Notes under the pieces: model-generated | The model's database searches: none | What the model saw: only the letters and a program-made list of their open reading frames with translations | Told to the model about the DNA's origin: nothing | Shown: positions 28,392 to 43,839 of the stretch, in pieces | Layout: each line of letters starts with the position of its first letter | Position numbering within the stretch: position 1 is the stretch's first letter | Made by a program: the position numbers and the translations under genes | Source of the DNA: Octopus vulgaris | Lineage: Eukaryota | Direction of reading: 5' to 3' | NCBI GenBank assembly: GCA_951406725.2 | Contig: OX597815.1 | Location: forward strand, 31,806,001-31,870,000 | DNA length: 64,000 bases

Positions 28392-29128
28392 TTATTTGAA
28401 ATGTTTTAATTGGATAAATGCACCATTATCATAGAGTAGCCCTTGAATTCCCCTCAAACTCCAAGGTTCAAAGCTTAAAAGTATCACCAGGAGCATTCTG
28501 GCCCCTTACCCTCAGACAAAAAGCTGTGCTTGTATTACTTCAGCCAGCACATACTCCAAAATGCCTTGGTATAACTCTCTATTTACAACCTGAGGTCAAT
28601 TTTACCTTTGATCCTTTTGGGGTTGGTGAAAAATGCACCAATACTGGGTAGTAGAAGGTGCAATTGTCACAGTATCTGATAAGAGGTCTTGCAGTATTTG
28701 CTCCAGCCTTTTGTGTTTTCCATGCTGGGGAATGGTTTCAACAGGAGCTGATGAACTAGAGGACTACACCACACTCCAATATCAGTTTTGGCATGGGTTC
28801 TACATTTGGATGTCCTTCCTAACACCAACCACTTTATGAAGTCTACTGAGTGCTTTTTTTTACATGGCAGCAGTGCTATTGAGGCCATCAAATAACTCAT
28901 AAGACATGACCACCTCAACTGAGAGAGGAATAGTATTGAGCAGGGTGGCTTTATTTCAGGTGTTGAAAAGCTAAAGCTTGATAGAGGGACAGGAATAGGC
29001 GTTTTGCTGTAGGGAGATACATGGCTGGTGTGCCCAGCTGAAAAAGACAGGAGGTGGTGGTGATATTTTTAATTTGAATTTTCTGTTTATGAAATGCCAT
29101 AATGGTGTGTCTTGTAAATGTATTGCAG

Positions 29129-29254
29129 AATCGAATGTCTTCATTCCTGAGAAAGAATATCGTGTAACAGAAAAGGAAAGCAAGTTAGACATTCCTGTTT
29201 ACAGAACAGGAGACTTGTCTGAGCCATTATCTGTTATCTGTCATACTGTTCAAG
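29129..29254 (+). CDS. FREM2: FREM2-like exon (Calx-beta 2, start)
   Basis: ttgcag acceptor, gtaagg donor, 126 nt. (E)SNVFIPEKEYRVTEKESKLDIPVYRTGDLSEPLSVICHTVQ. Confidence 0.95.
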
Positions 29255-29739
29255 GTAAGGAGTTAATTTACTGTATACACACACGTCACACATTTACACA
29301 CACAAACATGCATGCACACAAACGTCTGCACATACATGCATATCTGCACACACCTCATGCACACATCTTTACATTCGTACACATGCACACATGTGTTTAC
29401 ATAGGCATGCTCTAGCCCAAGTGTATGTAAGTGCACATGCATGCACATCTACACCCAAGCTAAGATGCACACATTTGTACATAGATACATAAAGCATATG
29501 CACACATTTGTACATATATACATAAAGCATATGCACACATATACACAAATACACATATACATCTACACATATGTATCTACACACTTGCTCTGACATGTGC
29601 ACATATGTACATATACATTTATGGATGCATGCATATACACACATAAACATCCACATATATGCACATAAACGTGCATACATGCATACACTCACATAAACAT
29701 CTAGACTTATACTAACATAAACTTATCACAATGAAGTAC

Positions 29740-29788
29740 ACACACATGTATACACACACACATGTTCACATACATACACATATATGCA

Positions 29789-29827
<39 letters not shown>

Positions 29828-30555
29828 TCACATACATGCATGCACTCAAACACTAGCATTCACACACAAACACACATATGACCACACAACATGCATGCAC
29901 TCAAACACACATGTATTCACACACAAACACACACATACACATACACATACAAACATGTTCCCTCACATGCATGCACTCAGACACACATGCATTCACACAC
30001 AAACACATACATACGCACACATATTCACATACATGCATGTGCTCAAACAAACTTGCATTGACACACAAACACACATATGCCCACATGCATGCATGCACTC
30101 AAACACACATGTATTCACACACAAACACATGCATACACATACATGCATGTTCACTCACATGCATGCATTCAAACACACATGTATTCACACACAAACACAC
30201 ACATACACACACATGTTCACACACATGCATGCGCTCAAACACACTTGCATTCACACACAAACACACACATATTCACACACATGCATGCACTCAAACACAC
30301 TTGGATTCACACACAAACACACAGTATTCACACACAAGCACACACACACACAAACACACACACACACAAACACACACATACACACTCAAACACACATGGA
30401 TTCAAACACACACACACACATGCATGTGCTCAAACACACTTGCATTCACACACAAACACACATGTATTCACACACAAGCACACACACATACACACACACA
30501 CACATGCATACACTCAAACACACATGCATTCAAACACACACATACACACACACAG
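29740..30555. repeat. CA-rich minisatellite, about 45-55 bp degenerate unit
   Basis: Recurring cacatgcatgcactcaaacacacatgtattcacacacaaacacac. Confidence 0.85.
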
Positions 30556-31613
30556 ATAAATATCAAAATTAGACATTTAACTGACCTTTCAATTGTAACT
30601 AGAGCAGGGTGACCATATAAACAGCGGCAGGTCACTTTAAACTAGAATAACAGGTCATTTAGTTTCAACATGCATGTTCCATTCCAGACTGCACCTTGCA
30701 GCTGCATACTGCAACTGCAGACAGTAAATCTACCGATGTGTACATAAGTTTCTCAATGAAAGATATAATGTGTCATTGCAATGACATGGTTTATTTAATG
30801 TTATATAATCTTCAGTTTACATTTCTTCTTCTCCGTGTCTTCCTGACATTACGAGACCGACTCTTAGCGGAGAAGCTGGAATTAAAAAAAGGCGTATAAA
30901 TTTTTTAAAATACAAAATGGCTAATATCCTTGTAATTCTTTTTAACTTTCACTTTATTCATCTTTTTATTTATTTATCTATTTACTTATTTTTCTATCGA
31001 TTTATTTATATGAATGTGTAATTTCAGAATATTGTACAAGAGTGTTTGTTTATAAATAACATGTTTATTTATTTAATGCTAACCATAGTTTATATTATGA
31101 ATAATTTATTAATATTGATATTCAAAATATCACAAGTTGAGTGTTGCATTATGATAATTCTTTCATCTGATCATACAAAAAGTATGGTACTGAAACATAC
31201 TGGGTGCTAGAAATAGCAGTCAAATCTCCCTCAAATTAAACCATACTGACTTAAAAGCAGAAACAAAGGTGGAATAACATGCTCTAAGATACTGTTTATT
31301 TTTTTATCTTTTACTTGTGTCAATCACTGGATCGCAGTCATGCTGGAGCATCATCTTGAAGGGTTTAGTCAGATGAATCTACCCTAGTACTTATATTCTT
31401 AAGCCTGGTACCGATTCTATTGGTTTCATTTCCTGAACCACTAAGTTACAGGGACAGAAACAAACCAGCACTGGTTGTCAAGTAGTCGTGAGGGACAAAC
31501 ACAAAATCACACACGTATTCATATATATATATACATATATACATATATTGTTATATAACCTTCAGTTTTTTATATATATATATATATATAATGTTATATA
31601 ACCATCAGTTTTA

Positions 31614-31649
<36 letters not shown>

Positions 31650-31688
31650 TATATATAGATAGATGTGTGTATATATATATATATATAA

Positions 31689-31988
31689 CCGTGACTGACC
31701 AGGCTATCGGATGTTGCTACACATCGCTGGTCACAATGCGCTTTGCATTGTTTTAGCCTTCAAATGACGCTACCCCGCTGGCTAAGTGAGCAGGTCAACA
31801 TAAGAAATAGTGAGAAAAAGTTGTGGTGAAAGAGTACTGCAGGGATTGCCACCACCCCCCACCTGCCAGAGCTTTGTGGAGCTTTAGGTGTTTTCACTCA
31901 ATAAACACACACAACGCCCAGTCTGGGAATCGAAACCACGATCCTACAACCGTGAGTCCACTGCCCTAACCACTGGGCCATTGTGCCT

Positions 31989-31990
<2 letters not shown>
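31689..31990 (-). mobile_element. tRNA-derived SINE (further family)
   Basis: Minus strand starts ggaggcacaatggcccagtggttaggg (A box) ... ggtttcgattcccaga (B box). Confidence 0.8.
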
Positions 31991-32035
<45 letters not shown>

Positions 32036-32109
32036 ATATTATATAACCTTCAGTTTGATATATATATACATATCTATAATGGGTCAGAGATTTAGGGACA
32101 TCCTCATTG

Positions 32110-32608
32110 AGATATTAGTATGGTCATATGCTGCGTATGGATGAGGAGAACTATGTGAAGAAGCGTCACTCCCTAACAGTGGAAGGAACCCATGGTAGAG
32201 GGAGACCCAGGAAAACATGGGATGAGGTTCGGATGGTACTTTTTACATGTTACTGGCATGGGAGCCAGTCAGGCGGTCCTGGCATTGGCTACGTTTGGAT
32301 GGTGCTTTTTATGTGCCACTGGCACAGGGGCCAGTCAGCTAGACCTAGCAATGATCACGTTCAGATAGTGCTTTTTATGTGCCACCAGTACTGCCCATCA
32401 GAGTACTAGCATCAGCGACATTCGGATGGTGCTTTTTACATGCCACCAGAACAGAAGCCAGCCAGGGGACACTGGCATCGACCATGTTTGGATGATGTAT
32501 TTTACATGCCACCAGAATGGGAGCTAGTCAGGAGGCACTGGCCACAGCTACGATTTTGGTTTTACCTGACTTGACAGGACTCCTCAAGCCTATCATATCA
32601 CCCGACGC
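32110..32608. mobile_element. Rearranged RTE LINE 3' fragment
   Basis: + strand W.GHMLRMDE...VEGTHGRGRPRKTWDEV (RTE C-terminus) abuts a minus-oriented ORF end plus 3' UTR subrepeats. Confidence 0.75.
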
Positions 32609-32613
32609 ATATT

Positions 32614-32656
<43 letters not shown>

Positions 32657-33097
32657 GTGTGAGTTAGAGGTTGAGAAGCCAACTAAGGGATAGTATTCAT
32701 CCAATATACTGCTGGTAGTGTACCCAATTTTTCATACCCAAGTGCTCATTATTGCATAGCAATCTTGCAACTAAGTGTTATATATAGGCGGAGATAAAAA
32801 GTGGTTTACCTTTGATTTATACAGCAAATATGTAAGTGGAGAGGATACAAAATGGACAGACATCAGCCAGTAAACATTCCAGTATGTCTATTTATTCCAA
32901 TGTATTAGATGAATACATACACATATATCAGTAGTACAGAGTATCAAATATATAGAGTTGGTAATTACAAGAACGAGGGTGTGGAAGCATATAATCATAT
33001 AGGAACAGGTGATTAATTGAGTAAATGAGAAAATGAGCAGATTGTCAGTAAGATATGTCTCTACAAGCGTACTGTATTACATACGTATGTGTACAGG

Positions 33098-33152
<55 letters not shown>

Positions 33153-33319
33153 GTATGTATATATATATATAAATACAAAATATATATTTACTTATATATA
33201 TATATAAATAAATATATATATATATGTATGTATATTTACATATATATATTTATATATACATATATATATTTATATATACATATATTTATATATTCATATA
33301 TATTTATATATATATATTT

Positions 33320-33370
<51 letters not shown>

Positions 33371-34080
33371 CATATATATATATATACACATACGTATGTA
33401 ACACAGCACATTTGTAGAAACATATCTTTTTGACTTATGACAATTATGGCATATTTTCCCTCGGTTTCTTATATATCATGTACACTAGCTCTTCTCTGCT
33501 AGTGTGTTGTATGATTACTATCTTGCCTAAAGTACGTTTTACATTTACAACATTCTTGTTGTTCCAGTCATTTAGCCACCCCCACCTGATCCAAGAGACC
33601 TATGATCAGCCATTCCATCCATGACCACATTGTTCTGCTTTGTTTCTTTTTCTAAACCATTAGGATGTAATCTGAAGGGGATATTGCCAGTCATGTAGAA
33701 TCTCTTTCATTTTCTCAAGGATATATTTGTTATGACATCGCATGTTTTTACAACTTTCTTACAAAATGGTTAATTTGGAGGGCAAACTGTTTTATGTTAT
33801 TCTATTTAGTTTTGTCACACGTACATACACACACAGATAGATAGATAGGTACATATGTACATAGATACATATATATATACATTTATGTACATATGTATGT
33901 ATGTATGTATGTATGTATGTGTGTGTGTTTATATATACACATATATACATATATATGTACATATATTTATATATATATACATATATTTATATATATACAT
34001 ATATATACATATATATGTACATACATACATTTATATATACACACACACACATATATATGTACATACATGCATGTATACAT

Positions 34081-34120
<40 letters not shown>

Positions 34121-34448
34121 TCCAAGAAAGTTAGGGGTTGTGAATCCAACCCACTAGGGGATAATATCTATCCAATATACTGTTGGTAGAATACCCAATT
34201 ATTAATACACAAGTGTATTAGTAATACACAAGATGGACCAACTATTGTTCTCCTCCATTTTCATATTTGCTATATATACATATATATATATATGTATGTA
34301 TGTATGTATTTATATATAAACTAAACATAGATTCAGTTACATAAAGAATAATGAAAAGTTTTGCCGTTGAATCCTCAATTAATCATTCAAAAAATTTTAA
34401 TGAATACTTTTTAATACTTCTTTTTACCTTCTTTCTTTTATTTTTCAG

Positions 34449-34697
34449 AAACTGCAGCTGGCAGTCCTGTAAATGTTCTTAGTTCATTCTCTGACTACAT
34501 CACACGACCTATGCATAGTAGTAGCATCATCCGTTTTGAGAAGGATGAAAGCAAGAAAATATGTACGGTGTTAATAATTGATGATTCATTATTTGAGACT
34601 GAAGAGCAGTTTAATGTGAGCCTTTCTCAACCACAAGGAGGACATCTGGGAAACTTCACTACCACTGTAGTGTTTATTGAACCAGATATTATGGATG
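34449..34697 (+). CDS. FREM2: FREM2-like exon (Calx-beta 2, end)
   Basis: tttcag acceptor, gtaagt donor, 249 nt. (E)TAAGSPVNVLSSFSDYITRPMHSSSIIRFEKDESKKICTVLIIDDSLFETEEQFNVSLSQPQGGHLGNFTTTVVFIEPDIMD matches the FREM2-type SDYI.RP....S..RF.KDE..K.C...IIDDSL.E.EE.F segment. Confidence 0.96.
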
Positions 34698-37250
34698 GTA
34701 AGTGTTTGCTATGTCATTCATCATTTATTTTATAATTAAGTGAGAAAAAGAAAAGGAAGAAATATATTTGTATCTAAAAAATATTAGAAAATTTGTTTTT
34801 CATATCATAAATAAAGAAAACTTAATAAAAACTGAGTAAAAATATCTTTGAATGAAAAAAGCGTTATAAATTAAAAGCAAAAAAAAAAATCAAATCTCGA
34901 ATTCATAGACCAAATCCAGATAATCTAGTTATTCGTGATTCCCTAGTCTGGCTGCTGTCGTAAAAGGATACGTTTTATGTAACAAATTGCTTCAATATAC
35001 GAATGATATTAGTTTTGAAGTGAAACATTATTTAATTGCTGCTATTTAATGGCCCATTGCAACTAATGGAACTGCTACATATCTCTAATTTCTGCGTTGT
35101 TACAGAAATGAAAAGCAAATTTTCATTAGGATAAGATGGTAGTCTCTCATAAATTTCCACTAGGATAAGATGGTAGTTTCTCAATGATAACTTTTTACTG
35201 AAAAAAGGTGTGAATTCAGCACTAAAAATCAATTATCTATTTGACTGGGCAGCTGTTGTTTACAGCTATGAAGGATACCATCCTGTGATACTGACTTTGG
35301 GCTACATTGGCCAACACACAGAAAGTTAAATTATGTTGCTTGTGGACATAACTTGGCATGACAGTGACAAACCACAGGCTGTGAACTTCTTGATTGTTGT
35401 CACTCAAGTGTTGTCATTAGTTACACACAAACAATCTTTCTCACAGTAAAGAGATATTTCAATCGCTTGTATTTGTAAATCAGATTATCAATAAAATCTT
35501 AATTATTATTCTTGAAGTGAGATCTGGTGTTTTTGAGATGGCTTTTGCTTGGATTGACAATTGGAAGTTCTGATACCCAGCTCAGATAATTCGAGCCACA
35601 ATTTGAATGAATTCAAGATAAAAGCTTAGTGAGTTTAACTACAATTAGCAACAAAGCATTGCTTTTTTTTATGCAGATAACGCAGAATATGTTACACAAA
35701 TATAAAATATCTGATGTAGCATTGTTCTAAAACAAGTTCAGTGAATACAGAAGATATACAGTGAGTGGATGATGATGAATAAACTGAATAAAATCCATTG
35801 TATGTGTCTATGTTAACTTTTCAGGAAGGTTCAGTACAAATGCATTAGAAAGTTCCTGGAACTCAAATACATTGACTGATAGACCCTTTACAGTTTCTGC
35901 ATACAAGCACCCAGCTGTTTGGTCAACTGAACAACCTACTTACTGAGTTAGCATGCAATGTGGTTGAGCATTTTGCTGATAAATGCACAAAGTGTGGTGA
36001 AGTTGAACCTTTAAATAAGAGTGCAGTTTATCCATCAGGTTTCTAAATTGTTTCTGTCCACCTTAATTCATTCACAAGGCTTGAGTCAATCTGAAGCTAT
36101 TGTAAATGGACCTCCTTAACCCTCTCAGACCTGGGCCTCAGTATGTAACTTTACCCTCCATCCAGGATCCTGAGTAAAATAATAATGGTCGCATATACAG
36201 GCAAACTAATGGACAGAATCTGATGCTTCTTTTTCTCTATGTGCTTTTCATTACTGCTTTACCATGAATCTGACAGAGACGACATCTAACCTGTTACTGA
36301 TATAGTGGTAATATAACATGACAGGGTTAACTTGCCACATGATGGAACTGAAACTTGGACTTATCTTTTGGTTGTGAAGCAAATTTCTTAACAACTCAGC
36401 CATGCCTGAGTCTACTAATGAATGCTGGAATGTTGAATACTTCACCTAGTGAATAAGTGTTGTGAATTTCAGAGCAGAGGTTGATCAAAAAACTTCTGGG
36501 GAGTGTGTTAGGATAGGGGCAAAGGGCAATAAACCATTACAGATGATATCTCACAAGACAGAGACAACAGATTTTATATTGATTCATCATTATCATCATC
36601 ATCATCGTTTAACACCCGCTTTCCATGCTAGCATGGGTTGGACGATTTTGACTGAGGGCTGACGAACCAGATGGCTGCACCAGGCTCCAATCTTGATCTG
36701 GCAGAGTTTCTACAGCTGGATGCTCTTCCATTTAGTATATTTCAATTTGGGAAAGCAGACCTTAACATGATGATGATTAAACCATTTTGAATAATCTTAA
36801 ACAAGTTCTGTTAATAAAACAAGCTCATGGAGAAGCAAGATGGCTGCACATTATTCAATTGTTTAGCGTAGTTACTCTCTTTATTTCATTCAACCTAGCA
36901 ATGAAATAAAGTTTTCTTTCCATATTTACAGTTGAATGCTTTATTCTGGGAAACAAGGTTGGCTGTTAAAAATAATTTTTCTGTTAAATACTTTTCTCCC
37001 AGCATTCTTGTAATATGTGTTAAATTCTTAGTAAGCCCAGTAATCTTACTCATCTACTCGCTCCAAGTAGTTATTTCTTCATAATCAGGAAAAAGAAAAA
37101 TTATAATTCCAGAAGGGTAATCAACCCAAAGTTACACTTGTGTTGCAAAATAAAAACCTAGCATTAAATTTTAAAAGACCCCCCCTCCCCCACCCAGAAT
37201 ATGCCAGTACAAACAGAAGGAAAAATAAAACTAACAAAAACACTTAAAAA

Positions 37251-37665
37251 GGAATGGCTGTGTGGTAAGTAGCTTGCTTACCAACCACATGGTTCCAGGT
37301 TCAGTTCCACTGCATGGCACCTTGGGCAAGTGTCTTCTACTACAGCTTCTGGCAAACCAAAGCCTTGTAAGCAAATTTGATAGAGAGAAACTGAAAGAAG
37401 CCTGTCGTATATATATATATATATAAATGAATGTATGTGTTTGTATATGTTTGTGTCTGTGTCTGTATTTGTGCCCCCCAACATCACTTGACAACCAATG
37501 CTGGTGTGTTTACGCCCCCCCCCCCGTAACTTAGCGGTTCGGCAAAAGAGACCAATAGGATAAGTACTAGGCTTACAAAGAATAAGTCCTCAGGGCAATT
37601 CGTCTAAAGGTGGTGCTCCAGTATGGCCACAGTCAAACGACTGAAACAAGTAAAAAATTAAAAAA
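37251..37665 (+). mobile_element. SINE family A copy
   Basis: Matches 54185-54603. Confidence 0.88.
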
Positions 37666-38843
37666 ATATATTTGTGTGTGTGTGTAATTTTTTTGGACTA
37701 ATGAGTATATGTCAATTAGTGTGTTGACTAAAGCACGTTCTCAGTTTGGGCTACCTGATGTCATCCACAGTTGGGACATATTTCCTCTGGATCTACGTCA
37801 TGAATTCCACAGTGTTAATTGAGATAATAATTGGTGAAGGAAACAGAAGATAGATTGAGTAGGATATTACGTGCATAATATCCTACCCATAACGGACAGT
37901 TGAAGGATGGGTCGAAATGATCAACATACTGAATAAAGACTAGTGATAAATCTATCTTCCATTTCCTTCATCAATTATTATATATTATATATATATATAT
38001 AATCATCATCATGATCTTCATTTAACATCTGCTTTCCATGCTGCCATGGGTTGGACGATTTTGACAGCGGCTGGCTATGCAAAAGACTGCACCATGCTTC
38101 ACTGTCTGTTTTGGCATAGTTTTATTTGGTCTTTTAATCTAACACCAACCATTCTGCAGAGTAGACTGAGTGCATTTTACATGGCACCAGCACAGGCAAG
38201 GTCAGTTTTTGGGCATGGCTTTTTTTACAGCTGGATGCCCTATTAAATGCCAACCACTTTACAGTATAGACTGAATGCTTCATACCTGACACCAGCACTG
38301 GCAGGTCCACCAAGTAATTTGCAATATCTGTGTGTGTGTGTGCATGCATGTGTGTGTATCTATGTATGTGTGTGTCTTTGTTATCTGTGTTTGTTCTCTA
38401 TCACCGCTTGACAACTGGTTTTCGTGTGTTTATGTCGCCAAAAGAAACCCCATAGAATAAGTGTCAGACTTAAACTAAAAACAAGTATTAGGGTCAATTC
38501 ATTCAATTAAGATTCTTCAAGGCAGTGCCAAAACATGGTTGAAATAAGCAAAAGATTAAAAGACCAAATAAAAGTGACTAAAGGAAACTGCTTCTCCAAT
38601 TCGTCAGAACTTGCTAGACTGGAACTCTGGTCACTCTGGAATGCTTTCCATTCTAAGTTGATAAGTTTCGATGGAAAATTTAGGTCTTTACTTTATGACT
38701 TCTAAAATAATTGTGTACTAATGCTTATGTATTTTTGATTTTGGAAAATAAACATTTTCTTGTATTACAAATGGGAAATTGAGGGGGAAAAAAAATAACA
38801 AAACAAAATAAACATTCCTAACACTAAGCTCTGAAGACATTAT

Positions 38844-38879
<36 letters not shown>

Positions 38880-39218
38880 CTATTATCATTGTATGACTTA
38901 ATGGAAATTAGTTTTGCAAATGTCAAAAAGGAAAATTTTAAATTTTGATGTTTTCATCATATCATCAATGAAATGGATTTAAAACTCTTGAAATTTGAAA
39001 TGGAGATTCTTCAAGCACTAATTTTTACAGCGCGCAATATATATTAATGTATGGGTATATAGATGAGTGTGTGTGTGTGTTTGTGTTTGTGAGTGCATGC
39101 ATACTAAATATGTTCATGTTTCCATGTTTACACACAGACATAGGCATTTCTGCATGTTAAATACAAATATGTATGTGCATCTGTGTCTGTATATCCAGCT
39201 GTATATGCATTTGTAAAT

Positions 39219-39259
<41 letters not shown>

Positions 39260-39353
39260 CATACTTGCATACATACACACACACACACATACCTGCATAC
39301 ATACACACACACACACACATGTGGGTATGAATATTATATACACACATTCATAC

Positions 39354-39395
<42 letters not shown>

Positions 39396-39591
39396 CAGAT
39401 ATATAATGTCTATTATTGTATATGTATGTATTTGCATATATACGTATTCATATGCACCTACATTCACATCATGTATAATATGCATGCATCGCACATGCGC
39501 ACACAAACATATATGTAAACAATATATCTTACACTCTATATTTGAAGATATGTTTGTATAGATATATATATATAAGCATTTATTTATACAT

Positions 39592-39622
<31 letters not shown>

Positions 39623-39623
39623 C

Positions 39624-39705
<82 letters not shown>

Positions 39706-40276
39706 ATTTATAAATGCTTAAATGTATATTGCTTTGTGCACGTGTGAATGTCTGTATATACAAGCATATATATACATACATACTTTTTTAGATACTTTAA
39801 ACTATCTAAAGTATTTATCCTCAATGCTAAATAAATAATTTCAAGATCTTATATCGATAAAATGAATCATTTTGGCCATAAAATATTCACGTTCCAGTGA
39901 AAGAAATTAATTCAAGGAACAACAGATTTTCATCTACTTCTCATTGCCAACTTCATCTTCCAATCCGAATTGATATTTACTTGTTTGTTTATTTGTTTTG
40001 TTTTGTTTTGTTTTATTTCGTTCATTCTACTCTTAACTTTCGTACGAAGCAGTTTATTTCGCCATGTGAAAATTTATATGGCTGCTCAGTAAAAAGGGAG
40101 AACTCTTTTTACCAGCATAAATCACAAGCTGACATTTCAATCAATATCAGTAAAATAGATACAATATATGTATACGCACACACACACACACACACAGAGA
40201 AAGATAGACAAACAGACAGGCAGACAAGGTAGATAGACAGCCAAGCAGATAGGTAGATAGATTCACATGCACACAC

Positions 40277-40310
<34 letters not shown>

Positions 40311-40767
40311 TCATATATATACATTTGTGTATCACTCACTCTCACACATACACATATACACACACACACACACACACATTTAATCCCAGCTTTAAATAAA
40401 CTTTCAAAGCTTCTACTTTTATAATTGAGTGTTTATGATACATATAGAACTCATGCAAGCATTGGAAAACAGACATAAAATGATGTTACATTTCATATAC
40501 ATATACATCCATATCTATCTATCTAGCCAGCTAGCTATTTATCAGTAAATATATATATGTAGAGATGTATGTTTGTGTCTATACACATGCAAGAATGCAA
40601 AACACACAGACACACACATACTGTATATGCACCGAAACCAGAAAAAGGATACAATTGGCTTGCTTTATATTTTATATCTGCAGAGAAACAGGCGGCATTT
40701 ATCTTATTATGAGTTTAAAAAAGTACCATTTAATACAGCCATTTATGTGTGTGCGTGTGTAATTATA

Positions 40768-40806
<39 letters not shown>

Positions 40807-40837
40807 CGATGATGGTACTCTCATCTCTGTATATAAA

Positions 40838-40909
<72 letters not shown>

Positions 40910-41089
40910 TCTTAGCTTAGTTGTTCCTTGGGACTGACCAGATTGGAGCAATCTCAAGATTAATCACCCAAAATTGCGGTTCTTGACTGAAGATTTAAGG
41001 CTTCGAATGACCCATCCGTGTTTTTTGTATCGTCTACCTGAATGTTTTGCATTCTTCTCCCATTTTGTGTATATATATATATATATATA

Positions 41090-41465
41090 TGATGAACTCT
41101 CCCATCAGTTTCAATGAATGAGACTCTGACAACCCACTCTTTCTTTGTCGGTCAAAATGCTTATGTTGAATGTGACATTCAGCTACCGCCAACAATTTGC
41201 AAAGAAGGCCACAGATGTTGCAAGTATAAGGATTACAGATCAGTGCAGGTGGTCTATTTGCAGCCGCTTTTTCTCCTTTGCCTTGCACCCTGAAGCTTGT
41301 TAATGCCGGTTGCAACAAAGTTCTGGTACCATTTTGACACAACGATCTCCAATTTGTTCACTCAAAGGTGTTGCGAGCTATCTTCATTTCTAAGTGGTTA
41401 CTCTTCAGCTTGTCCTTATATCTGAGCCATGGTCGACCAACATTTCTCTGCCCTCTCTCAAGGGT
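41090..41465 (-). mobile_element. RTE-clade LINE C-terminal fragment
   Basis: Minus-strand LERGQRNVGRPWLRYKDKLK...WRSLC...CNICGLLC......H...H, with a stop codon. Confidence 0.7.
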
Positions 41466-41561
41466 CAATTCATTTAAATAAAATTCCTCAACACAGTGAC
41501 CCAGCATGGCTGCAGTCTAATGACTAAAACAAGTAAAAGGAAAGGTAAAAGATATACATAC

Positions 41562-41592
<31 letters not shown>

Positions 41593-41642
41593 TGTATGTA
41601 TGTATGTATGTATGTACGTACGTACATACGTACGTATGTATG

Positions 41643-41676
<34 letters not shown>

Positions 41677-43211
41677 TGTATGTATATATACACACACATT
41701 AATGAGAATTAATAAGGAAAGTTCGTTTATCAAAAAATATAAAACTCTGCTGAGCAGGTTATAAAATCAATCAATTTTACATGGTTCTCCTTTTCTTATG
41801 AATTAATTATTGTAGAATGTCAACTTGGATGCATTCTTAAGTCAACCAAAATACATGTAGCAGCTATCATCTATCTTATTTACTCCACACCTTACTTACT
41901 CAATACCTTGTTAACAAAGAAGGGATGTGTTTTAACATGTTCAGTGGGAGGAACTAACACTAATTGATAACATTATTCTTCAACAGAATAGTAAACAATG
42001 ATTATCTATAACACCTATCTGTAAACAATTATCATATCATTTATTCATATCTGTCTTTTCTAACTGTCATATGACATAGTCAATGGAGAAAAACTTTTAT
42101 GTGACCTTGCACTACTGCCACATGGGTTTAGTACTTAAACTTTGACCTATCAATTTTTACATTCCTACATAAAGCAGGTAGAATAAGCTTTGCATTTGAC
42201 AGAGTAATCTGAATGCAAAATGTTTAAAGTCAATGATAACACTTTCAGATCACAATTTATATAAGAGTTACTCTATAAAGTTACCATTTGATTCACATTC
42301 CTAATTTAAAAACAAACTATTTTTATAACAACAGCCAGAACAGAAATAATTCGCAACACAGTTCTATATACTATATGCTTTTGAAAATCTAATGTGAAAC
42401 CTGCTGTGTGTATTCCTATATTTTAAATATAATTAAATTCTAATTAATTCTAATATTTCCTCAGAGCATTTACAAGTTCATTTCTTCTATTCATCCACTT
42501 GTTTGGATTAATAACAATTTACACATTCATACATACATATATATAAATAAATATATAAATATATGAAATGTTGTTTTCCCTTTTATGAAATACTCATAAA
42601 TATAAAGGAAATGGAACTGTAGCTGGCTAAGTTGTCTGGAGATAGGACTGTCATTCAAAGGAACTATAGTTCATTTTCCAACTAAGTTCTCTTTCTCAGC
42701 TTATTCCATGGTCAGATTATTTAGCTCACACCAATCTACCAATCATAGAGGTACACAGGCATCATGCAGAGATTCAGTTCATAGTTATAGTCAGTGTCTC
42801 TCCTCTTTGTTTCTCTTAAGCCCTTCACTGCCTTTGGAGCATAGGCCATCAACAACTTTTCTTCACTGTTCTCAATCCAGGGTTCTTCTCCCCCATCTCT
42901 TGTTTGTTTTGAAGTTTCTGTAATTTGCATTTTTCTAGGTAGTTGTGATGACCCCATGCAAACCCATTTTCATTCATGGGAAGAAGTGGCCCATATTAGT
43001 CTAGCCTTTCTCCTTTGACCTGTTAAGCAGGGAAGGCCCTAGAAAGTGCTTTTGCTCTGCTGGTATAACTCTGGGTCATCAAGGCACGCAAGTCACCACT
43101 CTAAGGACTGGGCCTTGTGGCAAAATATTCAATATAGTTTACTACAAATGGGAACTTTATTGAGTAACTCTTATATAAATTCTGATCTGAAAGTGTTATC
43201 ATTTACTTTAA

Positions 43212-43839
43212 ACATTTTGCATTCAGATTACTCTGTCAAATGCAAAGCTTATTTATTCACATTATTTTCAATTCATCATCCTCATTTAATGTCCACTTTC
43301 CATGGGTTGGACGGTTCCATGGGTTGGATGGTTCAACTGGGGTCTGGGAAGCCTGAAGGCTGCACCAGGCTCCAGTCTGATCTGGCAGTGTTTCTACAGC
43401 TGGATGCCCTTCCTAATGCCAACCACTCTGTGAGTGTAGTGGGTGCTTTTTACATGCCACCGACACAGGTGCCAGACAAGGCTGGCGAACGGCCATGCTC
43501 GGATGGTGCTTTTTACATGCCACCAGCACGGAGGCCAGGCGAGGCTGGCAACGGCCACGATCGGATGGTGCTTTTTACGTGCCACCAGCACAGAGGCCAG
43601 GCGAGGCTGGTAACGGCCACAGTCGGATGGTGTTTGTTACGTGCCATCGGCACGGAGGCCAATCGATGTGGCACTGGCTACGGCCACAGATTATCTCATA
43701 ACTTTGAGTTTTCGATGATGTGATTGTTTATTTTAAGGATGACATTATAGGGTAAGTGTGAGAGGCTGAATCTGGTCAGTTAGAACATAAGGCAGGTAGA
43801 ATATTTTGACTGGATATGGCCAGTTTAAATACTAAAGAG
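43212..43839. mobile_element. piggyBac-like MITE with family C insertion (43274-43688, minus)
   Basis: MITE halves match 27340-27560 in reverse, right end ..AAAGAG|TTAA. The insert has four ~56-60 bp subrepeats and a (CAT)n end. Confidence 0.75.

Noticed and set aside
29784-30612. His/Thr-rich 244-262 aa ORFs
   Set aside because: Produced by a CA-rich minisatellite.
35127-35430. 23-bp tandem duplication and a loose hairpin at 35340-35430
   Set aside because: Short local duplication, and the helices are too interrupted to distinguish from chance.
43441-43690. Regularly spaced repeats resembling a CRISPR array
   Set aside because: The spacers are similar to each other, the repeats belong to an RTE 3' UTR family, the DNA is eukaryotic and there are no cas genes.
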